64,000 nt of DNA, from NCBI GenBank assembly GCA_963818475.1, contig CAWFSF010000005.1:256001-320000 (forward strand), written 5' to 3'. The stretch is from Nitrospirota bacterium. Lineage in GTDB: Bacteria; Nitrospirota; UBA9217. How positions within the stretch are numbered: position 1 is the first letter of the stretch; each line of letters opens with the position of its first letter. Both the position numbers and the translations under genes were made by a program. The notes under the pieces were generated by a model. That model was not told where the DNA came from. It saw nothing but the letters and a program-made list of their open reading frames with translations, and did not search any database. This document shows, piece by piece, positions 22,039 through 32,727 of the stretch.

Positions 22039-22085
22039 TGAAAACGGCATTTGGCCGCAGATGAACGCTGATTTTCGCAGATAAA
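22039..22085 (+). repeat. Half family A element; 45/47 direct repeat of 21071-21117
   Basis: tgaaaacggca(g/t)ttggccgcagatgaacgc(a/t)gattttcgcagataaa. Confidence 0.8.
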
Positions 22086-22153
22086 GCTGGGCATCCATCA
22101 GGAAAGATCCCTCAGCAGAAGAGCAAATTTGCGGTGACTCCCCGACCCCGCGG

Positions 22154-23074
22154 TCACTTTTTACTATAGAACGAAGGCTCGTTGTTCGGCCGCGTCTTGA
22201 ACCTCCGGTACGACCACATATACTGCTCCGGCTTTTCGCGGACCAGCCGTTCGATCTCCTCGTTCATGCGCTTGGCGTCTTCGACAGGGTCCTTGCCGGG
22301 AAAGTCCTTAAGGGCAGGATGGAACCGCACTTCGCAGCCCCGGCCGTAGGGCAGAACGTGGGTGGTGCAGGGAACGACTGCCGCGTTCGTGCTCTCTGCG
22401 ATACGACTGAGCGCCGTGACCGTTGCCGCAGGAATGCCGAAGAACGGCACGAACACGCTTAAGCGCTCGCCCATGTCCTGGTCCGGGAGATAGTAGAACT
22501 GCATGCCGTCGCGAATGCTCCTGATGAGCGGCCTCAGGCTGGCCAGGTGCATCACCATGAACGCGCCGAACCGTTCCCGCCGCCGGAAGAGATACTCCAG
22601 GAGCGGGCTTCTCGACTTCCGGTACATGGATACGATCCTGCGGTCCATGGATACGCGGATCCCGCCGATGTCAAGACCCATGAAATGGGGGGCAAGCAGG
22701 ATTGCGTTCCTACCGCGTGCCAGAACAGCATCGAGATGATGCTCGTCGCGCAGGGTGACGACGCGCCGGAGCCGCCAGGCAGGCGCGAACCAGGCAACGC
22801 CGAGGTTCAGCAGCGCGATGCCGGCGGCGCGGAAGTGGCGCCCAAGCAGCCGCCGACGCTCGTCCGGGCCGAGCTCGGGGAAGCAGAGCTCGATGTTCCG
22901 CGATGCAATGCGGCGCGCCGGAGAATTGAACAGGGAAAAGAACCACCCCAGGGCATTGCCCTGGACCCAGAGCACGCGTTGGGGAAGCCAGCTGATGACG
23001 ATGACGCAGGTCAGGATAAGCAGTGCGTACCAGTTCCGGGGGCGAAGAAATGTTTTGAGGGTTACCGTGGCCAT
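22154..23074 (-). CDS. Lipid A late acyltransferase (LpxL/HtrB family)
   Basis: PHFMGLD (H-x4-D), LPDQD, VPFFG, PEQYMWSYRRFKTRP. Confidence 0.9.
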   Translation of the reverse strand: MATVTLKTFLRPRNWYALLILTCVIVISWLPQRVLWVQGNALGWFFSLFNSPARRIASRNIELCFPELGPDERRRLLGRHFRAAGIALLNLGVAWFAPAWRLRRVVTLRDEHHLDAVLARGRNAILLAPHFMGLDIGGIRVSMDRRIVSMYRKSRSPLLEYLFRRRERFGAFMVMHLASLRPLIRSIRDGMQFYYLPDQDMGERLSVFVPFFGIPAATVTALSRIAESTNAAVVPCTTHVLPYGRGCEVRFHPALKDFPGKDPVEDAKRMNEEIERLVREKPEQYMWSYRRFKTRPNNEPSFYSKK

Positions 23075-23257
23075 AGTTAGTAAGCTGCCTTGCGGCTTCT
23101 GCGTCCTGCAGGTTACGTACTTTCAGGCAGCGCTGCGGGCAGCAGTGCGCATTGTAGCCTGCCGGACCCGCCAGTTCAAGAGCAAAATGTGCATGTGCGC
23201 GTTTTGCCGGCCTCTGTCAATGGCGTCGGATCCTTTTGCCTCCTCCCTGCAAAACCT

Positions 23258-26200
23258 CTAAGGTATCACCCTGATGAAGTCCACGCCTTCGAACGTCGCA
23301 GTCCCTATCCTGCCGGTCACGTGGACAGGCACCTGGTCGCCGTCCGGAAGGATTGCGATCATTGAGCTTCGATCGAACTTCACCTTGAGCACGTCATGAT
23401 CATGCTCCGCGCGGTCTTGATCGCACCCGTGATCGTAGTGATGATAGCTGTGATCATAAGGCCGCGTCTCGGCAGGGACGACACCTTCAAGCCTGATCGA
23501 GGATAGGTCCACGTCCAATGCCCGGTATCCATGGGGTAGTTCCATCTCTACCATGACCCAGTTGCCGTTGCTCTTTTTATTGAGCGTCTCGGGCTCCACC
23601 TCGATATCGACATTGATGCCGGTCTGAGGCACATGGACCGTAAAGGACGCGTTGTTCATCCAGGGGCCGTACCGGTCGCCGTCAAAGGCCCGCGCCCGCC
23701 ACTGGTAAGCAGTGTTATCTGAAAGCGGCGCGGCAAGCGTCATGGTCGTGATACCGGCGCCGCCCTGGGGCACGCCGGAGAGGGACTGGATAAGCGCCAT
23801 GCCGCTGTAGATCTCGACGTCGTACGTGAGGTTGTCGCTGTCGGGATCAACAGCGTTCGTTACTGCAAGGAGCGGGTTAAGCGTCGCAACGGTGCTTCCC
23901 TCCGCCGGAGAAGACAGGACCGGCGCGCCCGGCGCGTCGTTCGCGGTGTTCACGAAGAACGAGGACGCGTCCGACCAGCCGCTTGCAATAGCGCCGTCAA
24001 AGGCACGAGCCCGCCAGTAATAAGTGCCGTTCTCTGAAAGCGCCACCGGAACGGTCCAGGTCGTATTGCCCGGTGTTTCGGCAAGGACCCCGGAACTCGC
24101 TGCCAGGGTTGACAGTCCCGCATCTCCATAGACCTCGAACTCATAGGTCAGGACGTCCCTGTCGGGATCAGTCGAATTCCAAACTGACAGCACGGGGTTG
24201 GACACAGTCACGCCGGAACCGTTCGAAGGATTGGCCGGAACAGGAACGCTTGGAGCGTCGTTCGCGGTATTTACGAAGATGCTGATAATCTGCGACCACG
24301 CGCTCTCGGCCGCTCCGTCGCTCACTTTCGCGCGAACAAAGTATTGCGTATTTTCCTGCAGCCCTTCCGCGTGCCAGGAAGTGGTTCCCTGTCCTTCCGC
24401 GATGCCTCCGGAACGGAAGATCTCTGCGCTGTCGAAGGTCAGGACCGTGTCGATCTCGAAGAAATAGGTCAGGACAGCTGAATCAGGATCAGCGCTGTTC
24501 CTAACGACCACATCGGCGGCAAGAAACGGTACCGTGCTGTTGTCCAGAGGCGTGGTGATCAGCGGCGAACTCGGCGCATCATTTTCCGTGCTCACGAAGA
24601 ATCTGCCCGTTGTCGACCACGGTCCCTCGATCTGTTGGTCATCGGCCTGTGACCGCCAGAAGTACCAGGCATTTTCCTGGAGGTTTACCGGGACCTGCCA
24701 GGACGTCGTACCCTCGCCACCTGCAACCTTTTTCATGGTCGCGGTGATCTGTGCAAAATCGGGATCGAGGGCCAGATCGAAATTATAGGTAAGGACCGGG
24801 CTGTCCGGATCTGCGGCGTTCGTGACCGCGAGCACCGGGGCAAGCGTGTCTACCCAGGTGCCGTCAGCCGGACTCGTCAACGTCGGCGCCGAGGGCGGAT
24901 CGTTCGCGGTGTTCACCCGGAACGATGCTGCCGCCATCCACGGGCCGTACAGCTTTTCGTCATAGGCCCTGGCCCTCCAGAAATACGTACTGTTTTCCTG
25001 CATATCGGCCGGCACGGCCCAGGCGGTCGTCCCGGTCTGCTCAGCAATCGGTCCGGACGAAGCGACCAGGTGCATAAGCCCGCCGTCTGCGTATACTTCG
25101 AACTCATAGGTGATCCGGTCGTCGTTCGGATCCGCAGCATTGCTGATCGTGAGGAACGGTGTGAATGTGTCCACATCAGAGCCGGCGCCGGGCGAGAAGA
25201 GCGCCGGGACGGTGGGCGCGCCTTCAACTCTGAAATATGTTGCTGCAAGCGTTTCTTCGGTGCCGTTGATATGCGCCCGGAGAACGACGAGATAGTCCTT
25301 GGCACTGTAGGCCGTGGTATCGATCGTTCCGCTCCCTGAATAGGCGGCACCGATGGACAACGTCGCCTGGGACGAGAGGGCATCGTACACGGTCTGGTTG
25401 ACGGCATGGACGGCCTGGGCGGAAAGCGATATATCCTGCAAGTCGACATTTCCGATGTTCGTCACTGAATAAGAGACGTTCACGGGCTCGCCGGCCATGA
25501 GGCTCTGCTTGTCCACGGACACCTGACCCCGGAGTGCGGACTTGGGCGTTACGTTATTGCTGATCACGAGGTTCTGCGTGCCTGTGGCGATGATCGCGCC
25601 TGTCGCATCTTTCACTTCAAGCGTGACGGGATAGGTCCCCGGGGAGTACGCGGCGGTGTTCCAGAATGCCTTGAACGTGAATGACGCGCCGGGCATGAGG
25701 GTTGTGATGGTCTTTGTTTCCGAATAGAGCGCGCTTCCCTCCCCTGACCCTTGATCCATGGCCCTTGCGATTGTTATTTTCGCCGTCAGGTTTTCGTGAA
25801 CACCCTCTCCGCTTTGGCTCGTGATGACGGACGTTATCGTTGCCTGTTCGTTTGCGCTGTAGGATATTTTGTCCGTGACAAGCGCAACGCTGATGCTTGC
25901 GTCGAGGCTTCCGCTGTATGCCACGGTTTTCGTTATCGTCTGGTTTAAATCGCCGGTGCAGGTCGCGGTGTACGTCATAGCGCTGGTTATCTGCTGCGAG
26001 TACTGGAACAGCTTTGTTTCTCCGGGAAGCACCATGATTTGCTCTGATGTATCTAAATTCGCGCCCTGCACTCCGCATTCCGTGCTCGCAGCTACCTTGC
26101 CGACGTTATTGAGCGTCAGGGTGACAGGAAACGGATCGTTGCCTGGCCGCATCAGGCGCGGTGAGCGTTGCCGTCACGGCCGATGAGCCAACTTCGTATT

Positions 26201-29200
26201 GGTCTGCTATTTCGGCAAGATTCGATCCGGTCTGCGTCACCGTTCCGGCAAGCGAAGAGACTCCGACAGGTCCTGCATGGTTGTCGTGGTGAACGAGATG
26301 CCTTTCTTGGCCGGCACATCGAAAGGTTCCGTATAGATTGAACTTGGTTGCCGGCCGTCAGCTGACACCGTACGCTACGATAAGCTGTCGCACTAGCTGC
26401 CAGGTTTCTCACTTCCCCGGTGATCGTCACCGTCTCGCCGGGTTTGTAAATCTTTTTGTCCGTGCTGAAGGAGAGTATGGTATTCCCCTGGATAACATAG
26501 AAGGGATATTCCGAGGTCGCGATGGTCTGCCCGGTGCTGGAGGTCAGCGCGCCCTGCAGGTAGAGCTTGCCGGGAACATCGAGCGTGCCGATCGAATTGG
26601 TAAGATTAGAAACCATGCCCTGCGCCAGATGTATCGGCGCGTCGGTCTGCCAGAGGACGTCTCCCGCGTAATAACCATAGGTAACTTTAATATCGTTAAG
26701 AAGAGGGTAGTTATCGTGTCTGTTGTCGCCAAAGCAGCTTCGATCTCGATCCAACGGCCTTGGGACTGGTTATTGCCGATCCACTGGCTGTGATATAGTC
26801 GCTCCACGTTGCGATGGACAATCCAGCGTCGGTGTCAGAACTGCGGGTGCGAAGCTTTATTGATGTGCCGAGCGGAGTAGTCGTATTGAAGGTTATATTT
26901 TCCCAATGAGACTGTTGGCCGCCGTCATATTTAGCGCGCCACGTACCGGATGAAGCATATTTTGTGTTGCGCGCAGTGAAGTTATCAAAACCTGCGCTTG
27001 CGTTTCCATTACTCCCCATCCACACCTTCATAAGAGGTCGCACCGGTTCCGCTGTAAAATTCGCTACGTTTCCAAGCATGACCCAATTTGTTCCATCATG
27101 GTAATACGTGCTAAGCTGGCTGCCTGTTCTGGCAATGCGCAGTTTTCCCGAAGTGTCAGAAGTGGGGACTTCATCCGTGTTTGCCATCACATCATTGACC
27201 TTGATACCTCGCAGATAAAATTCGCCGCTGCTGTTATGCATCCGTTTGATCATCGCAAAATTACCCGAGAATTGACCCGCGTCCGCGACAATAGCCAATT
27301 CCGGTCCTGTATCTCCAGTGGCATTGGTGCTGAACTCGCTCCAATCAACCTGGATGTCAAAATCGTTCAATAAGTAAGACCAGTTCTTTGTTTCTACGTT
27401 CTCGCCGTATAAACCGTTATTCACCTTGATATACAGCTTGCCGTTTTGGGTGACAAATGACCCCGAGTTATTCCCCCACAGATCGAGCTTTTCCCATCGA
27501 TCCATATTCAATACTCCGGGATCGTAATTGTCATTAGCCGGCAGCAGCCGCACGGAATCAACCGTCTCGTTCTTGGTTACAATCCTGCCGGAGTTGATCT
27601 TAAAATTATCAAATTTGGCGTTTGCCGAATATCCCTGCCCTCGCCATATCCATAATTGAACGGAGGGTTTGTCCGCAAACTGTGAATACGTCCTGCTTAA
27701 CATTTGAGTCCAGCCGGAACCATTCCAGTAGTAAGTCGCAATATTGCTGCCCATTCTCGTAATCCTCAAGCGGCCGGAGGAAACATAGCTTCCCGCGCCC
27801 GCCGAAGCGACCCTGCTTCCGTTTATGTTAATACCGCTTGAATAGCCGCCCGATGACATATTTTTCACAAAGACCCAGTAAGTACTCGCATATAAAGCGA
27901 ATTCAGGGCCCTCGTCCAGGGCACTGTTATTCGAATCAAAATCAACCTGAATATCGAAATCACCGTCAAGCTGCCATAAACTTTTCGCACCGGATGCAGT
28001 CGTAGCATCATTTATGTACAGTTTGCCCGACTGAATACTGACATTGCCCCACGAGGACCATTTATTGCTATCAAGAGAAGTTTTGTCGAAATCATCATTC
28101 GGTATCAGCCAGTCATTCATGCCATATGTGTCTACACCGTTTCTAACCCCCTCTTGAAAATCGTTTTGACTCGCCCAGGTCTTCGACTTCTGGCTGTCCC
28201 CTGCCGCAGTGACCTGTAAATGCAGGTTTCCATTCTGGAGCGCGGTGCCGGTGTTGGTGATCGCACCGTAGCTCGTGATATTTTCGGTCGTGAGATAGCT
28301 CGGCTTATCGGTCTGGGCTGACAGGCCGGCCTTGATGCCGGCAATCGTGAGGGGCATGCTCACAATTTCGGTCTTTCCGGTCGATTCATCTTTGTAATTC
28401 GCGATGATGCTGTAACTGCCGTCCACCGCGCCGATAGGAATGGCGAGGGATGGTGTAGCGGTCGATCCGGCCGGTACAATTTGGCTATTGCTTCCCCAGG
28501 AAATTAATGCGGCCTTTGAATCGAAGAGATCCAGCGTATACTGAACGGTAGTATCAACTCCCCCGGTGTTCGAAATAACGGGGCTGATGCTTCCGCCCGC
28601 AGTATATGCCGTCTGGTCGAGCGACAGAGACAAAGCGGATTCCGGTATTGTGAACTGCGCACTCTGGACGGTAGTCGATCCCGACGGCAGGGTGAGCGTT
28701 ATGGTTGCCGTATGCTGCCCGGCAGTCATAGTATCAGGGATTGCAAAGGAAACCGGTATCTGAACACTTCCGGCACCCTCGCCCCCTGCGGGAGAGGGGG
28801 AAGCGTTATTGTTTTCGTAAAACCCGCATCCGGGACAGCAAGCGTGATCGTCATGCCCTCCTGGCTGAAATTTCCCGTATTGCTCAGGCTGGTCACGAGA
28901 TTCGCCGTTTCCCTGATCTTGTACGATGCCTTGTCGAACATCATGGTAGCGTTCACCGTGTTCGGCAGCTGGATCGTCATCGCCTGCCCGTCCATCGTTT
29001 CATCGCTCTGCGTATATGTGAGCGTGTATGCGCCGAACTTAATCGCAGGTAGCGATGGGTCATAAGCAAGAGTTTTGGTCTCACTTGTTCCCAAACTAAA
29101 CGACTGCGTCGCGCTGGATATCACCTGGCCGTCGGGGTCCGTGAGGATCACGTTGAGCGCACCGGAGGATACGGCGTATGTGCCAGTGTTCGCAAGGTTG

Positions 29201-30988
29201 AAGGAGACAGTGTTTGCGCCGGTGATGAATGCGGCGGGCAATACGGGGGTCACTGATATCTGGCTCGTGAATATGCCGAAGTTGGTCGATACATCCCCTA
29301 GTTTCGCCGCGTTTGCGTCATAGACCTCCGCCAGAACCGTGTAGAAACCGCGCTGGGGATTTGCGGGCAGCGCAAAGTTGAGGCTCTGGACAGTCGGGCT
29401 TTTTGCGATCAGGCTCAGGTCCAGGCTCGTGTCGAATACGCTCGCGCCGGAGGGATCGCTTACCCGCAATTTCAGCGTGACCGGATATCCGATCGAGCGG
29501 TTGTTCCTGATGATGATGGAAACGCCGGCGGTGTCGCCCTTCCTGTAGATCGCCTTGTCGGTCTCGGCAAATACATTCACGAAAGCGGGAGGGGTCTTGG
29601 ACATCATGGGGTTGTAGATCAGGACCCCTCCGGCTGCCAGATCGCCGGTGATGGGCACGTTCCAGTATACGTCCCCAGTGGGTCCGGCGGGGGTCCCGAC
29701 GGTGATGGTTCCGGGATTGACGCCCGTGATCTTGTACGAGCCGTCAGCAGCGGAAATCGCCTGAAGGGCGTAGATACCCGAAGTCGCCTGTACGGTTACG
29801 CCAGCGAAGGGGATATTATTATCAGCATTCCAAACAATGCCCATGACAGTGCCGGATATGGGATTGACGGACATGACGACCTTGCCGAGGTTGATGAAGG
29901 TGCCTGCGCTGATAGATGCGGTGACGGTGAGTGGTGAATATCCGGCCAAGGAAAGGGTTATCTGCTGACTGCCGACCGGGATGCCGGAGAGCGCGAACAT
30001 GCCGCTTGCGTTCGATGTGGCGGTGTATGATGGATCACCGGTGAGCAGAATGCTGACGCCTGATAGTAGCGTATTAGTCGTTGCATCTACGATGGTGCCC
30101 ATGAGCGAGCCGGTTGTTGCTGCGGGCGGCGGCGAGGCGGGTATGTGCTCGGAGAGATAGAGCGCCTTGAGCGCAAGGGCTGTGCTGTAAGGATCGTCGT
30201 TCCAGGAACCATTGGATGATTGCGTGGTTGTGATGTAGTTCAGAGCATTGCCGAGGATCGTCGCGTCGGTTGATATGCCGACTAATGCGGAATACGCGAG
30301 AGATGTTTCATACACAGTGGATATAGGGTATCCGAACCCGCCGTCTGTGTTCTGATGACTGGAGAGATATGCCGTGGCTTTAGTGATTGCTGTGGCGATA
30401 GTCGAAGTTTGGGGGAATTGCTGGAGTGTGGCTGCGACGATTGCGGTCATGTAGATTGTGCTGGGATCGTCTTTGAAGAAACCCAAATCCGCCGTCTGCG
30501 TTTTGGCTGTTCGTGAGATAGGCGAGTCCGGTGTTGCTGACTGAGAGATCGGGGTGATTCGCGGCTTTAAGGGCTTGGAGGGCGAGGGCGGTTGAAAGAG
30601 GGTCATTTGCAGGTCCATTTTTATAATCCCAACCACCATCCATGTTTCGACGACCGAGCAATGTGCTTATTAGTCCGCTGGAATCAGTGCCGCTGCTGTA
30701 CAAGGAATATATTTGACGAGATAACTCATCGGCAGAGTTTGCAGTTTGAAGGGCAAGCCAAGTTATTCCGTTTGTATAATTTACAGAACCAGTGCTAGTA
30801 GATTTTAATGCATTGGCCACTTCAGCGCTGTATACAACAGTCAAATCTGCCTGGGAGCCCCAACTGCCATCAGTGTTTTGATTTTCCGATAGCCATGTTA
30901 TGCCGTTAACTATTGAGGTGCTTTGTGCGTAGCAAGGAATCGACCATAATGAGAAAGCAATTATCGTCAGGCTAAGAATCTTTTTCAT
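23258..30988 (-). CDS. Giant secreted/surface protein (~2,570 aa if about 7 frameshifts are repaired)
   Basis: Signal peptide MKKILSLTIIAF; prenyltransferase-like QNxDGxW/FG repeats; carboxypeptidase-regulatory-like and CARDB/Ig-like domains; two lectin-like domains; five FN3-like repeats. Fragments join in shifted frames, e.g. SPAGGEGAGSVQIPVSFAIPDTMTAG at ~28800. Confidence 0.7.
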
Positions 30989-31040
30989 ATAGACTCCACA
31001 TAATTTGAGACTGCCTTGAGCATCGGTGAATATCGTCAAT

Positions 31041-31761
31041 TTATTTGAATGGGTTTATTTTAATGACATTCAAGAAAGAATCAAAAGTATATACATTACC
31101 ATTCTTATCAAAATTATAAATCGGTCCATCTTCATCAGAAGCTATTTCAACACCATTACATTGGGCTGCTATCTTTTTACCATCTCTAACAGTAATTGAA
31201 TACAATATCTTTCCTGGATATTTTGTATCTGGGATATAAGATTCAATGTCATAAATATGATTGACGAACCTACCCTTTGGGATATGAGCAAATATGCCTT
31301 TCTGCCTATCGTCACGAGAACCGACCGACTCTTGATATTTTCCATCGGGATAGTAAATTTCTACTCTGTCTTCAAAAAAATTCCAGACATACACCTTATC
31401 ATCTTTATCAATACCTATATCCTGGATGATATGGCTAATTTCGGGCTTAATCTTTTTCACAGGTGGCTGCAACTTGAATTCAAATAATAATTTCCCCGTA
31501 TCGTTGAATTTCAAAACACGGTAATTTACCGAGTTACCAACATAGATATTACCCTTACTATCTATGGCAAGCGCGCGAGGGCTGACAGAAAATCTCTCGC
31601 CGTCCGGATCACCAAGAGTCTTTTGTAGCTTTCCGAAACCATTAGGCCCCTCCGAGTTTTTAATAACCAGCTCTTTAAAACACCTTTCTCCCTTCAGCTT
31701 GAGCATGTGATGTCATCATGCAGATTAAAATAATAGCAAATGCAATAATTGCTCTTTTCAT
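31041..31761 (-). CDS. Exported NHL-repeat/beta-propeller protein (extra T near 31676); candidate immunity protein
   Basis: GGAG RBS, signal peptide MKRAIIAFAIILICMMTSHAQA, PRALAIDSKGNIYV; AT-rich. Confidence 0.65.
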
Positions 31762-31796
31762 TTGGGCTCCATCGTTACTAACGCATCGTGCATTCT

Positions 31797-32708
31797 TTAT
31801 CTAATGAACACAGGGTTTCTCGCATCCTCAGCAACTTTTCTCTTTTGGCCTGTCACTGTGTTAACATAACTAATGTCCAAATTGACGTTTTCTGCTTGGT
31901 CCTCGTAATACAGATCATTAGACAAACCCAAGCTAAACTTTGCCGGAGCAAAGGCTGGTTGAATTTTTATTTCTTTTATTTTTTCCATTTTTTCTGCACT
32001 ATATAAACTGACGGACTCGGAACTACCAACTGCTAAGGTATTATCATCAAACCATTCAGAATAGTAGCCTTCGCCAACTTTAATTAGATTGTCATTAGAA
32101 TTTGTCATATTTTTCAAATAAACATTCCACGCTCCGGAGGCAAAAGAAATTCTTCGGCCATCTGGAGACCACTTGGGAGCTGAATATTGTTTAGGACTGT
32201 CTACTGTCAGGTCCTCTTTTCGAAGTGACTTAAGATCAATGAGCCAAAGATGCCTAACCGTTTCTTTGTAAGCTTTGTTAAATGAAGAGGTATGGAATTC
32301 TTTAAGAGAATTGCTTATAAAAACAACTTTGTCGTTTGCAGGGGAAATACTCGGATTGCTCATGTCAGTTTCTAAATCAGTTAAATATTTTTCCCTCCAA
32401 GTTGCGATGTCCAATTCGTACATCTTTTTGAAATTTCTCACGTAAACTATTTTTGTTAAATCATACGATACACAATAATTAGTTATATCCTTTTTAGCAG
32501 TCAATTTCTCTTGGGCCCTTCTAGGCATATCCATAAGCCAGATGTCACCATTTTTCAGATAAAGTAATTTTTTCTGCAATGTTGTTTTAGACGTGCGTAC
32601 ATTCTTCGAGCTTTGTATGCTCGCAGCGTAACAGATCGACATGGAACAAATTAAAGCAGTCATAACAGTAACCATTGGCATAAATGTCTTTCGAGTTAAC
32701 ATTTTCAT
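31797..32708 (-). CDS. Exported TolB-like (PD40) beta-propeller protein; candidate immunity protein
   Basis: Signal peptide; NPSISPANDKVVF, APKWSPDGRRISF; AT-rich. Confidence 0.75.
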   Translation of the reverse strand: MKMLTRKTFMPMVTVMTALICSMSICYAASIQSSKNVRTSKTTLQKKLLYLKNGDIWLMDMPRRAQEKLTAKKDITNYCVSYDLTKIVYVRNFKKMYELDIATWREKYLTDLETDMSNPSISPANDKVVFISNSLKEFHTSSFNKAYKETVRHLWLIDLKSLRKEDLTVDSPKQYSAPKWSPDGRRISFASGAWNVYLKNMTNSNDNLIKVGEGYYSEWFDDNTLAVGSSESVSLYSAEKMEKIKEIKIQPAFAPAKFSLGLSNDLYYEDQAENVNLDISYVNTVTGQKRKVAEDARNPVFIR

Positions 32709-32727
32709 TCTCCCATGAGATGTTGAA

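Noticed and set aside
21071-22085. CRISPR array from the recurring ~35-47-bp repeats
   Set aside because: Copies are dispersed or inverted, not regularly spaced with unique spacers; no cas genes
29900-30988. Squalene-hopene cyclase or alpha-2-macroglobulin
   Set aside because: Only QW-like repeats are present; no DxDD or CxEQ motif, and the domain heads a secreted Ig-rich protein
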